Origin: Candidatus Latescibacterota bacterium
Lineage (GTDB): Bacteria; Latescibacterota; UBA2968; UBA8231
Direction of reading: 5' to 3'
DNA length: 64,000 nucleotides
Assembly: GCA_965197905.1 (NCBI GenBank)
Contig: CBDAOB010000004.1
Coordinates: forward strand, 320,001 to 384,000
Shown here: positions 29,725 through 39,234 of the stretch, one piece after another
How positions within the stretch are numbered: the stretch's first letter is position 1
Layout of the letters: the number at the start of each line of letters is the position of its first letter
Notes under the pieces: generated by a model
The model's input: the letters and a program-made list of their open reading frames with translations, nothing else
Databases searched by the model: none
Told to the model about the DNA's origin: nothing
Program-made: the position numbers and the translations under genes

Positions 29725-31262
29725 ATACGCCCCTGCCCGAACCTGGTCACGTCTACCTCGTCGGAGCTGGTCCTGGCGATCCCGGGTTGATTTCGGTCAA
29801 AGGAGCGCATTACCTCGCGCACGCAGATCTCATCCTCTACGATGAGATTCTGGATGAACGGCTTCTCGAGCTTGCCAGCGAGAGCTGTGAAAAGCTATTC
29901 GTGGGCAAACGCGGACGCCGAGAGGGACCCACCCAGGACGAGATCAATGAGCTTCTAGTTCAACATGCCCGCGCCGGCCGCAAGGTGGTTCGTCTCAAGG
30001 GAGGTGATCCGTACATATTCGGGCGCGGGAGCGAGGAAGGGGCGCGGCTGCGCGACGAAGGGATTTCTTTCGAAGTCGTGTCGGGGGTCTCCGCCGCTTC
30101 AGGGGTACTGGCGTACGCCGGCATTCCCCTAACCCACCGGGGCATCACCTCCACAGCGGTACTCGTGACCGGGCACGAAGATCCCGCCAAGCCTATCCCC
30201 GCGGTGGACTGGGCGCTTCTGGCGAAGCTACAATGCACCTTGATCATCTTTATGGGGGCTCGAAGGATTGGCGAGGTCGCCGCGATTCTGTTGCAGAATG
30301 GCAGGGCGCCGAGCACGCCGGCCTCGGTGATCGAATGGGGTACCTGGCCGCGCCAGCAAACGCTGGTGGCCACGCTGGAGAATCTTGCCGAGAAAGCGCG
30401 GGAATGCGGATTGCAGTCTCCAGCAATAATTGCCATAGGCGAGGTCGTGGCGCTGCGCGATCAGCTCAACTGGTTTGAAAACAAACCCCTGTTCGGGCGT
30501 CGAGTATTGATCACCCGCAGCCGCGAACAAGCCGGCGGCTTGCGGCTTCTGTTGGAGACCGAGGCGGCCGAGGTCCATTCTCTTCCACTGCTTGAGATCC
30601 GCGCCCCGGATCGGTGGGATGAGGTGGATCGCTGTGTTCGGGCGCTTGAGCGCTACGATTGGGTGATCTTCACCAGTCCCAATGCGGTCGAATACTTCAT
30701 GGGTCGCTTGCACACGCTCGAGCTAGATGCCCGGGCGCTCGGGAGTGTGCTTGTCGCCGCCGTCGGTCGCTCCACGGCCGAGAGTTTGACCCGATTCGGG
30801 ATCGTCGCCGATCTGATTCCGGCGGAACAATCCCAGGAAGGTCTGGTGCAAGCGTTTGCAGACATCGATGTCGCCGGCCTGAAGTTTCTTCTTCCAGGTT
30901 CCTCTATTGGACGTCCCCTGCTGGCAGATAAGCTCGCCCGCAGGGAGGCAGAGGTGGAACAGGTAAGCACCTACGAAAACGTAGTCCCCCAGTACGAACG
31001 CTCCGCTCTGCCGTCGTGTTTAACCGAGGACGATCTCGATCTGGTGATATTCGCCAGCCCCTCGAGCGTAGCAAACTTCGTGTCGGTGTTGGGCGAGACC
31101 GAAAGTCGTGAGCTGTTGGAGAAGACTGCCATCGCCACCATAGGACCCACCACCAGTCGCGCCATCCGCGAGCTGGGATTTGAGGTGGCCATTCAACCCC
31201 AGGAAAGCACCGTACCGGAGCTGGTGCGCTCGATTTGCCATTTCTTTGGGGGTCGCACGTGA
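29721..31262 (+). CDS. cobA: Uroporphyrinogen-III C-methyltransferase / uroporphyrinogen-III synthase fusion (CobA-HemD)
   Basis: VGAGPGDPGL, RLKGGDPYIFGRG; HemD half PLFGRRVLITR, IFTSPNAV, FASPSSV, IGPTT. Confidence 0.95.
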   Translation: MNTPLPEPGHVYLVGAGPGDPGLISVKGAHYLAHADLILYDEILDERLLELASESCEKLFVGKRGRREGPTQDEINELLVQHARAGRKVVRLKGGDPYIFGRGSEEGARLRDEGISFEVVSGVSAASGVLAYAGIPLTHRGITSTAVLVTGHEDPAKPIPAVDWALLAKLQCTLIIFMGARRIGEVAAILLQNGRAPSTPASVIEWGTWPRQQTLVATLENLAEKARECGLQSPAIIAIGEVVALRDQLNWFENKPLFGRRVLITRSREQAGGLRLLLETEAAEVHSLPLLEIRAPDRWDEVDRCVRALERYDWVIFTSPNAVEYFMGRLHTLELDARALGSVLVAAVGRSTAESLTRFGIVADLIPAEQSQEGLVQAFADIDVAGLKFLLPGSSIGRPLLADKLARREAEVEQVSTYENVVPQYERSALPSCLTEDDLDLVIFASPSSVANFVSVLGETESRELLEKTAIATIGPTTSRAIRELGFEVAIQPQESTVPELVRSICHFFGGRT

Positions 31263-32281
31263 CGTCGCTGCGTCATCCCCCGGGAAAGCTGCCACACGAC
31301 GAGCTGCGCCGGCTGATATCGAGGTTTACCGGGAAACACGAACGCCTCGTCGTGCCTCCCCAGGTGGGTGAAGATGCCGCGGTGATCGATATGGGGGATC
31401 GCTATCTGGTGGCGAAGACGGATCCGATCACCTTTGCCACCGATCGCATCGGCTGGTATGCGGTGCATGTCAATGCCAACGATATCGCCGCCATGGGCGC
31501 TTTGCCCCGCTTCTTCATGGCTACCGTCCTGCTACCGGACTCTGCGGACAACGGCGCCGTGGCCGAGGCCATTTTTTCAGCGATCGACGACGCCGCGAGG
31601 GATCTCGATATCGTCGTATGCGGGGGTCATACCGAAATCACCCATGGCCTGGATCGGCCCATCGTCGTCGGACACATGCTGGGCGAAATGGAGCCGGACC
31701 GTCTGATTCGTTCCTCCGGCCTGCGACCTGGACATGTCTTGCTCCTGACCAAGGGCCTGGCGATCGAAGCGACGGCATTGATCGCGCACGAGAAACGCGA
31801 CGATCTACTCGCTCGCGGCCACGGTGCAGATATGCTTGCCCGTTGCGAGGCCTACCTGGAGAACCCGGGGATCAGCGTGGTGGTCGACGCGCGGACAGCA
31901 ACCTCTGCGGGCAAGGTGTCGGCCATGCACGACCCTACCGAAGGCGGCGTGGCGACCGGATTGATCGAGTTGGCGCGGGCATCAGAAGTTGGCATGGAGA
32001 TCGACGCCGCAGCGCTCTTCGTTGCCAAGGACTCCGAACGGGTGTGTACCGAGTTTGATCTGAATCCGTTGGGGATCATTTCGTCCGGCGCGTTGTTGAT
32101 CGGCTGTGAACCCGGCTCCGCCATTCCGATTCTCGGGGCGTTGAAGGAGGCCGGGATCAGGGCCGATCGAATTGGAGTCGTTCGCGAGAGGGAGTTCGGC
32201 GTCATGTTGAGGCGAGCTGGCGAACTGGAAGAGCTGCCGGTTTTCGCTGTGGACGAAATTACGCGTCTGTTCGCGGATTGA
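31259..32281 (+). CDS. AIR synthase-related (PurM/HypE/ThiL superfamily) protein
   Basis: GKLP, GEDAAV, TDPITF, NANDIA, GGHTE, MHDPTEGG. Confidence 0.88.
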   Translation: MTSLRHPPGKLPHDELRRLISRFTGKHERLVVPPQVGEDAAVIDMGDRYLVAKTDPITFATDRIGWYAVHVNANDIAAMGALPRFFMATVLLPDSADNGAVAEAIFSAIDDAARDLDIVVCGGHTEITHGLDRPIVVGHMLGEMEPDRLIRSSGLRPGHVLLLTKGLAIEATALIAHEKRDDLLARGHGADMLARCEAYLENPGISVVVDARTATSAGKVSAMHDPTEGGVATGLIELARASEVGMEIDAAALFVAKDSERVCTEFDLNPLGIISSGALLIGCEPGSAIPILGALKEAGIRADRIGVVREREFGVMLRRAGELEELPVFAVDEITRLFAD

Positions 32282-32282
32282 T

Positions 32283-32846
32283 ATGACCGAAGGCGTACTG
32301 TTTGACATGGACGGCACCATAACACGCCCCCACATCGATTTCAAAACCCTGCGTGCAGAGATCGGCGTGCCCGAGGGGACTCCCATAATGGACCATGTGG
32401 AAAGGCTTGCGCCCGAGAAACGCAACCGCGCCAACGCCGCCATTGAGAGGGTCGAGCTGGAAGCCGCGGAGGCATCGATTCTCAATCCGGGAGCGGAACA
32501 GCTCCTGGAAGGCTTGGGCCAGATTCCACTGAAACTCGGATTGATAACCAACAGCAATCGCAAAGCGATGCATTTCATCGTTGAAAAATTCGCCTTGAGG
32601 TTCGATCTGCTTTTAAGTCGCGAGGACGCGGCGCTGAAGCCGGCGCCTGATCTGCTTTTCCTGGCATTGGAAAAACTCGGCCTGAGTCCACAAGCAACCG
32701 TTTTTGTTGGGGACGGTCACTACGATCGCAGCGCCAGTGCGGCGGCGGGAATTCGGTACATCCATCTAGAGCACGGACACACTCAGGTTGTGTCTGAATC
32801 CACTGTTTTTACCCTGCGCGAGGTATGGAATTACCTGGAGCTGTGA
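32283..32846 (+). CDS. HAD family hydrolase
   Basis: FDMDGT, ITNS, KPAPD, FVGD. Confidence 0.92.
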   Translation: MTEGVLFDMDGTITRPHIDFKTLRAEIGVPEGTPIMDHVERLAPEKRNRANAAIERVELEAAEASILNPGAEQLLEGLGQIPLKLGLITNSNRKAMHFIVEKFALRFDLLLSREDAALKPAPDLLFLALEKLGLSPQATVFVGDGHYDRSASAAAGIRYIHLEHGHTQVVSESTVFTLREVWNYLEL

Positions 32847-33005
32847 AATTCGCATAGATTCCCTTGCACCGTGCCGCAAACTACTATTTTCAGTTGATTT
32901 GCGCACAATCCAACTTGACACGAAAAGTCGCACATCTCTACTTTCCGGTGCACTGTTCAACAACTGGACGAGACACTCACACACTGCCACCTTCGACGAT
33001 AGAGA

Positions 33006-34157
33006 ATGCCACTCGAAACGAGCTTTGACTGGCGCGCGCCGACCCACCTGGTCTACGGACCGGGTTCGGTGGAGCGGCTACCCGACCTGATTCCGAATAA
33101 ACGTTGCCTGGTGGTAACCGATGCCGGTCTCAATGCTGCCGGTATCGTCGACCACGTCTGCGGTCATCTCAAGCGGGGCAAGATCGAGTACGTGATCTAC
33201 GACCAGGTCTTGGGCAACCCTCCGGCGCGTTGCGTGCGTGCGGGACACGACCTCTACGCCGCGGAAAAATGCGACGGACTCATCGGGCTTGGTGGCGGAA
33301 GTTCCATGGATGTGGCGAAGATGATCGGGGTGGTAGCCGGCAACGGGGGCCGCGTTGAATCCTACGTGGTCCCCGCCAAAGTAGAGAAGCCGCTGCCCCA
33401 TCTGGTTTGCGTACCTACCACGTATGGCACCGGCAGCGAGGTCACCCCGTTCGCGGTCGTCTCCAACCTCCGAACAAAAAGAAAAGATGCGGTCGTCAGC
33501 GGCAAGATCGTTCCACCGGTTGGCATCCTGGACGCGGAGCTGTCGGTAGCCTTGCCCTCCGACGTGGGTGGTCCGACCGGCATGGACGCGCTGACACACG
33601 CCCTCGAGTCTTACATCAACTTGATGGCGACTCCGCTTACAGAGGCTATGGCCCTTGGGGCGATCGAGCTGATTGGGGAGAATCTGCGTCTGGCATGCGC
33701 CAATGACCACGAGCTGGAAGCGACCCAGAACATGCTCAACGCCAGCACAATGGCCGCCTTCGCGTTCTCGCAAACGCGGCTCGGCATTGTTCATGCCATG
33801 TCCCACCCCGTGGGCGGCCACTTCAATGTCCATCACGGCATGGCCAACGCCATCCTGCTACCTGTGGTGTGCGAGTATAATCTGACTGCGAGGCTTGGGA
33901 AGTTCGCCCAGATTGCCGACGCCCTCGGAGCCGACACCGACGGTCTGACCGATTACGAAGCTGCCAACGCGGCCGTCGATGCCATCCTCGACTTGAATCG
34001 CGACCTCGCTATTCCCGACCGACTCTCCCAGGTGGGCGTGAAATCGACGGCCATCACATCTATGGCGAAAGACACCATGCGGAGCGCCAACATCGCGGTC
34101 AACCCGCGAAAGATCGACGAAGCAGGCATCCGACAGCTCTACAAAAACGCCCTCTAG
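33006..34157 (+). CDS. Iron-containing alcohol dehydrogenase
   Basis: GGGSSMD, PTTYGTGSE, DALTHALE, HAMSH, HHG. Confidence 0.95.
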   Translation: MPLETSFDWRAPTHLVYGPGSVERLPDLIPNKRCLVVTDAGLNAAGIVDHVCGHLKRGKIEYVIYDQVLGNPPARCVRAGHDLYAAEKCDGLIGLGGGSSMDVAKMIGVVAGNGGRVESYVVPAKVEKPLPHLVCVPTTYGTGSEVTPFAVVSNLRTKRKDAVVSGKIVPPVGILDAELSVALPSDVGGPTGMDALTHALESYINLMATPLTEAMALGAIELIGENLRLACANDHELEATQNMLNASTMAAFAFSQTRLGIVHAMSHPVGGHFNVHHGMANAILLPVVCEYNLTARLGKFAQIADALGADTDGLTDYEAANAAVDAILDLNRDLAIPDRLSQVGVKSTAITSMAKDTMRSANIAVNPRKIDEAGIRQLYKNAL

Positions 34158-34318
34158 CAGCCCGTGGTGAAAGGCCCTTGGATGGCGAGGCCGTGCAATT
34201 ACAGACGAGATCAAGGCGTGCGAGTGAGACGCATCTGAGAGCTGCGGCGATCGAGCGCAACGCAAGAGATCGGCTGCAATAGCCGGCCGCAGCCCCAATG
34301 GATTTTTGCCACGGGCTG
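34158..34318 (+). mobile_element. 161-bp MITE-like element A
   Basis: TIRs CAGCCCGTGGTGAAA / TTTTGCCACGGGCTG; core CAAGGCG (34212)...CAACGC (34258); directly after a TAG stop. Confidence 0.8.
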
Positions 34319-34351
34319 ATTGTCCCTTTCCACATCCTCTAGCTGAAGCGC

Positions 34352-35047
34352 GTGCGCAAAAAGGACTTAAAAGCGACGCTCGACCGACATCGCCAATGGC
34401 TCGAGTCGGACGGAGCAGAAGGAAGGCGACTCGACCTTCAGGGTGCCCATCTCTCTCGAAGTGATTTCAGCGGCGTCGATTTCCGCCAGGCAGATCTGCG
34501 ATGGGCAGATCTTCGGCGCGCCAACCTTGAGGATGCCCAGCTGCGGTCTGCCAATCTTCATGGCGCCAATCTGCGGAAAGCGAATCTGCGGGGGGCCGAC
34601 CTCGGCGGCGCCGATCTCAGCATGGTAGAGGCGTGCAGGGCGAACCTGAACAGCGCGGATTTGAGTGGTGCCATCGGGAAGGGAGCCGACTTCAATCAGG
34701 CTGAGCTTCGGGAAGCGAACCTTTCAATGGGGACGTTCAGCGGTGCCGGGTTCGCCGATGCCGATATGAGCGGAGCCAACTTCAGCGACGCGAATCTCAG
34801 AGGTGCCGATTTCTACGAATCCCTCCTGATCGGAGTGAATTTCGAGGGCACCAGCCTGGAAGCCGCCAACCTGATTGCCGCAAAGGAGTTGATGGTCAGC
34901 CAGCTGACGGGCGCGAAGACCCTGTTCAGGGCCCAGCTGGAGTCCGACCTGCGCACCGCGGTGATGATCGAGCACCTCGAGCTGTTCGAGGATCCTCCGG
35001 ACGGGAGATCGCCCCTGGACTCGGACCCAGCCACTTCCGATCATTAG
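34352..35047 (+). CDS. Pentapeptide repeat protein
   Basis: Tandem A(D/N)LXX repeats after an H..WLES.G..G.R motif. Confidence 0.95.
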   Translation: MRKKDLKATLDRHRQWLESDGAEGRRLDLQGAHLSRSDFSGVDFRQADLRWADLRRANLEDAQLRSANLHGANLRKANLRGADLGGADLSMVEACRANLNSADLSGAIGKGADFNQAELREANLSMGTFSGAGFADADMSGANFSDANLRGADFYESLLIGVNFEGTSLEAANLIAAKELMVSQLTGAKTLFRAQLESDLRTAVMIEHLELFEDPPDGRSPLDSDPATSDH

Positions 35048-35075
35048 GCCTGACTTTTATACAGGAGAAACGTCC

Positions 35076-36332
35076 ATGTCATACCCGAAAATGATCCGCG
35101 TCCGGCAACAGTTCGAGGCGCCAGATGTCGACGACATCCCGGCAACGGTGCACGCCGAAATCAGAGGTCTGAATCTATCCGGAAGGGTGACTCCCGGGCA
35201 GTCGGTGGCGGTGACCGTGGGGAGCAGGGGTGTCGCTAATATCGCCTTGATCACCAAGACGATTGTGGAGGCATTGAAAGAGCTCCAGCTCGAACCCTTT
35301 CTCGTTCCGGCCATGGGAAGTCACGGTGCCGGCATCGCCGAGAATCAACGCAAGATCATCGAGGAGTACGGGGTAACGGAGGAGTACGCGGGCGCCCCCA
35401 TTCGCGCCTCGATGGAAACGGTGCAAGTGGGGACGATAGAAGATGGAGTCCCGGTCTACTTCGACAAACATGCCTACGAGGCCGATCATGTGGTCGTTGT
35501 CGGTCGCGTAAAGCCCCACACGACATTTGTCGGCGAGATCGAGAGCGGACTGCACAAGATGATGTTGATCGGTCTCGGCAAACGTAAAGGGGCGGAGCTT
35601 TACCACCGGGCGATCGTACAGTACAGCTTCGATCGCATCGTGCGCGCGGTAGCCCAGACGGTCATCGAGCAATGCGGCGTCCTGTTCGGGCTCGGCATCG
35701 TGGAAAACCAGCATGACCGCACCGCGCTTGTGCGCGCCGTCGCTCCGGAAAACTTCGCCGAAGGCGAGAAGGAACTCCTGATCCTCGCCAAGAAATGGAT
35801 GCCGCGCCTGCCGTGCGACCGGGCGGACTTGCTGATCGTTGACGAAATGGGCAAGAATATCAGCGGCTCCGGGATGGACAGCAACGTGATCGGCCGCAAG
35901 TTTCTCGACCACCGCGCCGCCGAGAAGGAATTCCCCAAGATCACCCGGATCTACGTCCGCGATCTCACCGAGGAAACCCACGGCAACGCCGCGGGACTCG
36001 GGATGGCGGAGTTTACCCACAAAAAATTGGTAGACAAGCTGGACCTCGAGATGACCTACATCAACGTGCTCACCGGCGGTCACCCCCCGTCGGGAGCGAT
36101 ACCGATCTATCTAGATTCCGACCGGAAGATCCTGGATGTGGCGTTGAAATCGGTCGGTCTGGTCGCACCCAAGGACGCCAAGGTCGTGCGCATTAAAAAC
36201 ACCCTGGAGGTCGTCGAGGTCCTCGTTTCCGAGGTATACGGACCGGAGGTGAACAAACGCGACGATCTGACCGCCCTCGGTGGACCATCGGAGATGGAAT
36301 TCGACGCCAACGGCGATCTTCTGCCTTTCTGA
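35076..36332 (+). CDS. LarA-like N-terminal domain protein (DUF2088/DUF362 type)
   Basis: GSRGVANI, PAMGSHG, RVKPHT, ESGLHKM..IGLGK, GKNISGSGMD. Confidence 0.8.
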   Translation: MSYPKMIRVRQQFEAPDVDDIPATVHAEIRGLNLSGRVTPGQSVAVTVGSRGVANIALITKTIVEALKELQLEPFLVPAMGSHGAGIAENQRKIIEEYGVTEEYAGAPIRASMETVQVGTIEDGVPVYFDKHAYEADHVVVVGRVKPHTTFVGEIESGLHKMMLIGLGKRKGAELYHRAIVQYSFDRIVRAVAQTVIEQCGVLFGLGIVENQHDRTALVRAVAPENFAEGEKELLILAKKWMPRLPCDRADLLIVDEMGKNISGSGMDSNVIGRKFLDHRAAEKEFPKITRIYVRDLTEETHGNAAGLGMAEFTHKKLVDKLDLEMTYINVLTGGHPPSGAIPIYLDSDRKILDVALKSVGLVAPKDAKVVRIKNTLEVVEVLVSEVYGPEVNKRDDLTALGGPSEMEFDANGDLLPF

Positions 36333-36409
36333 TAACGGGCGGCCCTCCAGGTTCCTCCATCACGGCTGCGCCTGGGCGCTGACAGCCGGCCACTTCTGAG
36401 TCTATTCCG

Positions 36410-36982
36410 TTGAGCTTCCAAGAGGCGTTCGCCTCCTTTCCCGAGCTCGAATCGGAGCGCCTGGTGTTGCGCTGGGTCGAAGCTGCGGACGCTCCAACCC
36501 TATTCACTCACTTTGCGACCTTACGTGCAGACCGATTCTGGGATATAGAGCATCGATCGGTGGAAGATGCCCGTCAGCACATCGATCTGATTCACACCTG
36601 GTACGAAGAGCAGCGCCTCTTGTGGTGGGCGGTTACCCTCAAAGGCGAGTCGGAGGTATTCGGGTCGTGTTCCCTCTACGATTTTGAGCGCGAGTCCCGC
36701 GCCGAGATCGGTTACTGGTTGTCGCGACACAAACAGGGAATGGGAATCGCGACCGAAGCAGTAGAGCGGGTTGTCCGCTTCGGATTCGACCACTTGGACC
36801 TGCACCGGATCCAGGCCAGCTGCCATCCACAGAACCACGCAGCGGTGGCGGTGGTACGACGTGCCGGCTTTCGAGAAGAAGGGCTGTTGCGAGAGTACGA
36901 ACCGGGTCGTACCGGCTGGCGCGATTGCCTGATGTTTTCGTTGCTCAAGGGGGAAGCGCGCGCCGCAGCTGTCGATTCTTGA
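36410..36982 (+). CDS. GNAT acetyltransferase, RimJ/RimL type
   Basis: LESERLVLR, AEIGYWL, QGMGIATEA, GFREEGLLR. Confidence 0.9.
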   Translation: MSFQEAFASFPELESERLVLRWVEAADAPTLFTHFATLRADRFWDIEHRSVEDARQHIDLIHTWYEEQRLLWWAVTLKGESEVFGSCSLYDFERESRAEIGYWLSRHKQGMGIATEAVERVVRFGFDHLDLHRIQASCHPQNHAAVAVVRRAGFREEGLLREYEPGRTGWRDCLMFSLLKGEARAAAVDS

Positions 36983-37052
36983 TAGGCATTCGTGGTCCAG
37001 CTATATTCTCCCGCCCATCGCCCCTGTTTCCGTTTTCCAGAGAAAGGTACCC

Positions 37053-38129
37053 ATGAGCAGTAATGTTCCCGTCCGCGTCGGTCAGATCGGTTGTGGTCAT
37101 TGGGCGAGTTCATCCTGGCTGCCCTACATCGGCAGCTGTCCCGACGCCGAAATCGTCGCGCTCTGCGATCTCGATCTAGGTCGCGCGCGTCAGCTACGCG
37201 AGGAATTTTTTGGTGACATTCCGGAGGATTCGCGGCCGCGCCTCTACGACGATTATCACAAAATGATTGCCGACGGTTCACTGGACATGGTAATTGCCGG
37301 CACGCTCGCCGGAGCGCGTCCCCCCATGACCATTACTGCGCTGGAGGCCGGGCTCCCGGTACTGGCCGCGAAACCGATGGCACCGAACCTCACCGACGCC
37401 GAAGCCATGTTGGAGGCGGCCGAGAAATCAGGATCGTTGCTCATGGTGGGATACAACTACCGCTTCCGCGACGATGCCCGCGTTGTGCACAAATTCATCA
37501 AGGACGGCGGTATCGGTAAACCGTTGTTTGCCCGAGCCTGGGCACACTCACCAGGCATTCCCAGCTACGCCCCCCATTACAAACGCTCGGTCTCGGGAGG
37601 CGGGGCTCTGGCCAGCACCGGCGTCCATCCCTTGGATCTGGCGGTCTGGTTTCTGGGATGTCCCAAGCTGGTGTCGGTGGACGGCGTGTCGAGCGCCCAT
37701 TTCGAGGAGTTCGATTCCCTCCCGGAGGACCTTGAGCATATTCGCGGCGAATGCGACATCGACCTGTTGGTCTCGGGCTTAGCCCGTTTCGATGACGGCA
37801 CGACCCTCGCGACCGAGAGTATCTGGATGTCCGCCACCAACGGGACAGGGGTGGAGGTGTGGGGCACCCGCGGCCGGGCATCCATGGTGCCGTTAGAGCT
37901 TCACAGCTGGGAAGCCGGCGCTTTCGTGGACAAAACAGAGGAGGTCGCCCCCGGGCTCGCTGCTTCGTTCAAGGACACGAAGGTGCGCATGGAGAGGGAG
38001 GTTCACCACTTCGTCGACTGCGTGCTCGGGCGCTGTAAGCCCCTCGTCACGCCCGTTGAGATGTGGACGGACCAGGCGATCATGGATGCGTTATACACCG
38101 GGGGCCGGTCGTTTGCCGACGAGGGCTAG
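37053..38129 (+). CDS. Gfo/Idh/MocA family oxidoreductase
   Basis: VGQIGCG, AKPMA, MVGYNYRF, GGGAL..GVHPLD. Confidence 0.9.
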   Translation: MSSNVPVRVGQIGCGHWASSSWLPYIGSCPDAEIVALCDLDLGRARQLREEFFGDIPEDSRPRLYDDYHKMIADGSLDMVIAGTLAGARPPMTITALEAGLPVLAAKPMAPNLTDAEAMLEAAEKSGSLLMVGYNYRFRDDARVVHKFIKDGGIGKPLFARAWAHSPGIPSYAPHYKRSVSGGGALASTGVHPLDLAVWFLGCPKLVSVDGVSSAHFEEFDSLPEDLEHIRGECDIDLLVSGLARFDDGTTLATESIWMSATNGTGVEVWGTRGRASMVPLELHSWEAGAFVDKTEEVAPGLAASFKDTKVRMEREVHHFVDCVLGRCKPLVTPVEMWTDQAIMDALYTGGRSFADEG

Positions 38130-38292
38130 GAGCGTGTCCGAGAATCCCAATTGAGCTAAAGGTGCGTCATTGCTGCCGCTATCCGCGTTGCGCTACTCTC
38201 TCTGAATTCCCCAATTCAGATCGCTCCCACGCCTTGCCATCGACAACCATGACGCCCAAGCGCCTGTCAAAGCGAATACCCGGACACGCTCC
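38129..38292 (-). mobile_element. 164-bp MITE-like element B
   Basis: TIRs GGAGCGTGTCCG / CGGACACGCTCC; the shared core lies on the minus strand (CAAGGCG from 38236, CAACGC from 38190). Confidence 0.8.
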
Positions 38293-38307
38293 CAGTCTGG
38301 CGAGCGA

Positions 38308-39224
38308 TTGAAGCAGCACGTCCCCACCGGCCGCCGCGCACTTGGCATCGGGCTGGCGTTGGTGACCGCCTTCGGGTGGGGCACGCTCCCGATTGCCCTC
38401 AAGGGTCTGCTCACTGTCGCCGATCCGTTTACCATTACCTGGTTTCGTTTTATCATCTCCGCCCTCCTGCTGGGATGTTTGCGTCCCGCGATTTCCACGC
38501 CGCGACGCGGCTCCGGGGAAAATCGCTGCTGGTCATGGCCGTTGCCGCCGTCGGCCTGGGCAGCAGCTACATCACCTACATCCTCTCTCTCAAGTTTCTT
38601 TCTCCCAGCACCACCCAGATCGTCATTCAACTGTCTCCCGCGTGTGTGCTGTTCGGCAGCCTGCTGCTCTTCAAAGAGCCGTTCGGCGCCAGACGCTGGA
38701 CCGGGTTCTTGATCCTGGCGATAGGATTGGCTCTGTTCTTCAATCAGCGATTCGACGAACTCCTCGGAGGGGTAAACGATCTCGCGACAGGCATCCTTCT
38801 TCTGGCGGGCGCCGCGCTGGGATTCGCCGCCTTCGCCCTGTGCCAGAAACTCCTGCTCAGCGCCGTCTCTTCAACCGCGATCATGTTTCCGCTGTTCTTG
38901 GCCGGATCCCTTTTCTTCGTTCCAGTGTCTCAACCCATGGATCTCCTTCGGCTTCAAGGGACCGACCTTGCCATACTCGTGGCTTGTGCCGTGAGCACCT
39001 TGATCTCGTTTATGGCTTACTCTACGTCGATGCGACATCTGGAGACATCGCGGGTCAGCGTGGTCACGGCGACGGCACCCCTGTTCACCATATCGGCGAT
39101 GTTGATCCTGGCTCCGCTGGCGCCGGACCGATTCCAGGCGGAGTCTCTCAACACAGCTAGTCTCGTCGGAGCCGCGATGGTCGTCGTCGGCTCCATGCTC
39201 AGCTCCATCGGCTCGTCGCGATAA
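38308..39224 (+). CDS. EamA/DMT family transporter, split by a 1-nt frameshift near 38474
   Basis: GWGTLPIALK...TITWFRF in one frame, remaining TM helices in another; adding one base at CTGGGATG rejoins them. Confidence 0.85.
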
Positions 39225-39234
39225 CGCGGGATCC

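Noticed and set aside
31259..32281. AIR-synthase-like gene as selD or hypE
   Set aside because: It lacks the SelD N-terminal Cys/Sec-x-x-Lys motif and the HypE C-terminal PRIC.
34440..34880. Short periodic DNA repeats (also in the ankyrin genes) as a CRISPR array or tandem repeat
   Set aside because: Explained by pentapeptide and ankyrin protein repeats; there are no identical repeats with unique spacers.
35076..36332. Calling this a lactate racemase with a nickel-pincer pathway
   Set aside because: Only a distant LarA-like N-terminal family resemblance, and no larB, larC or larE in the window.
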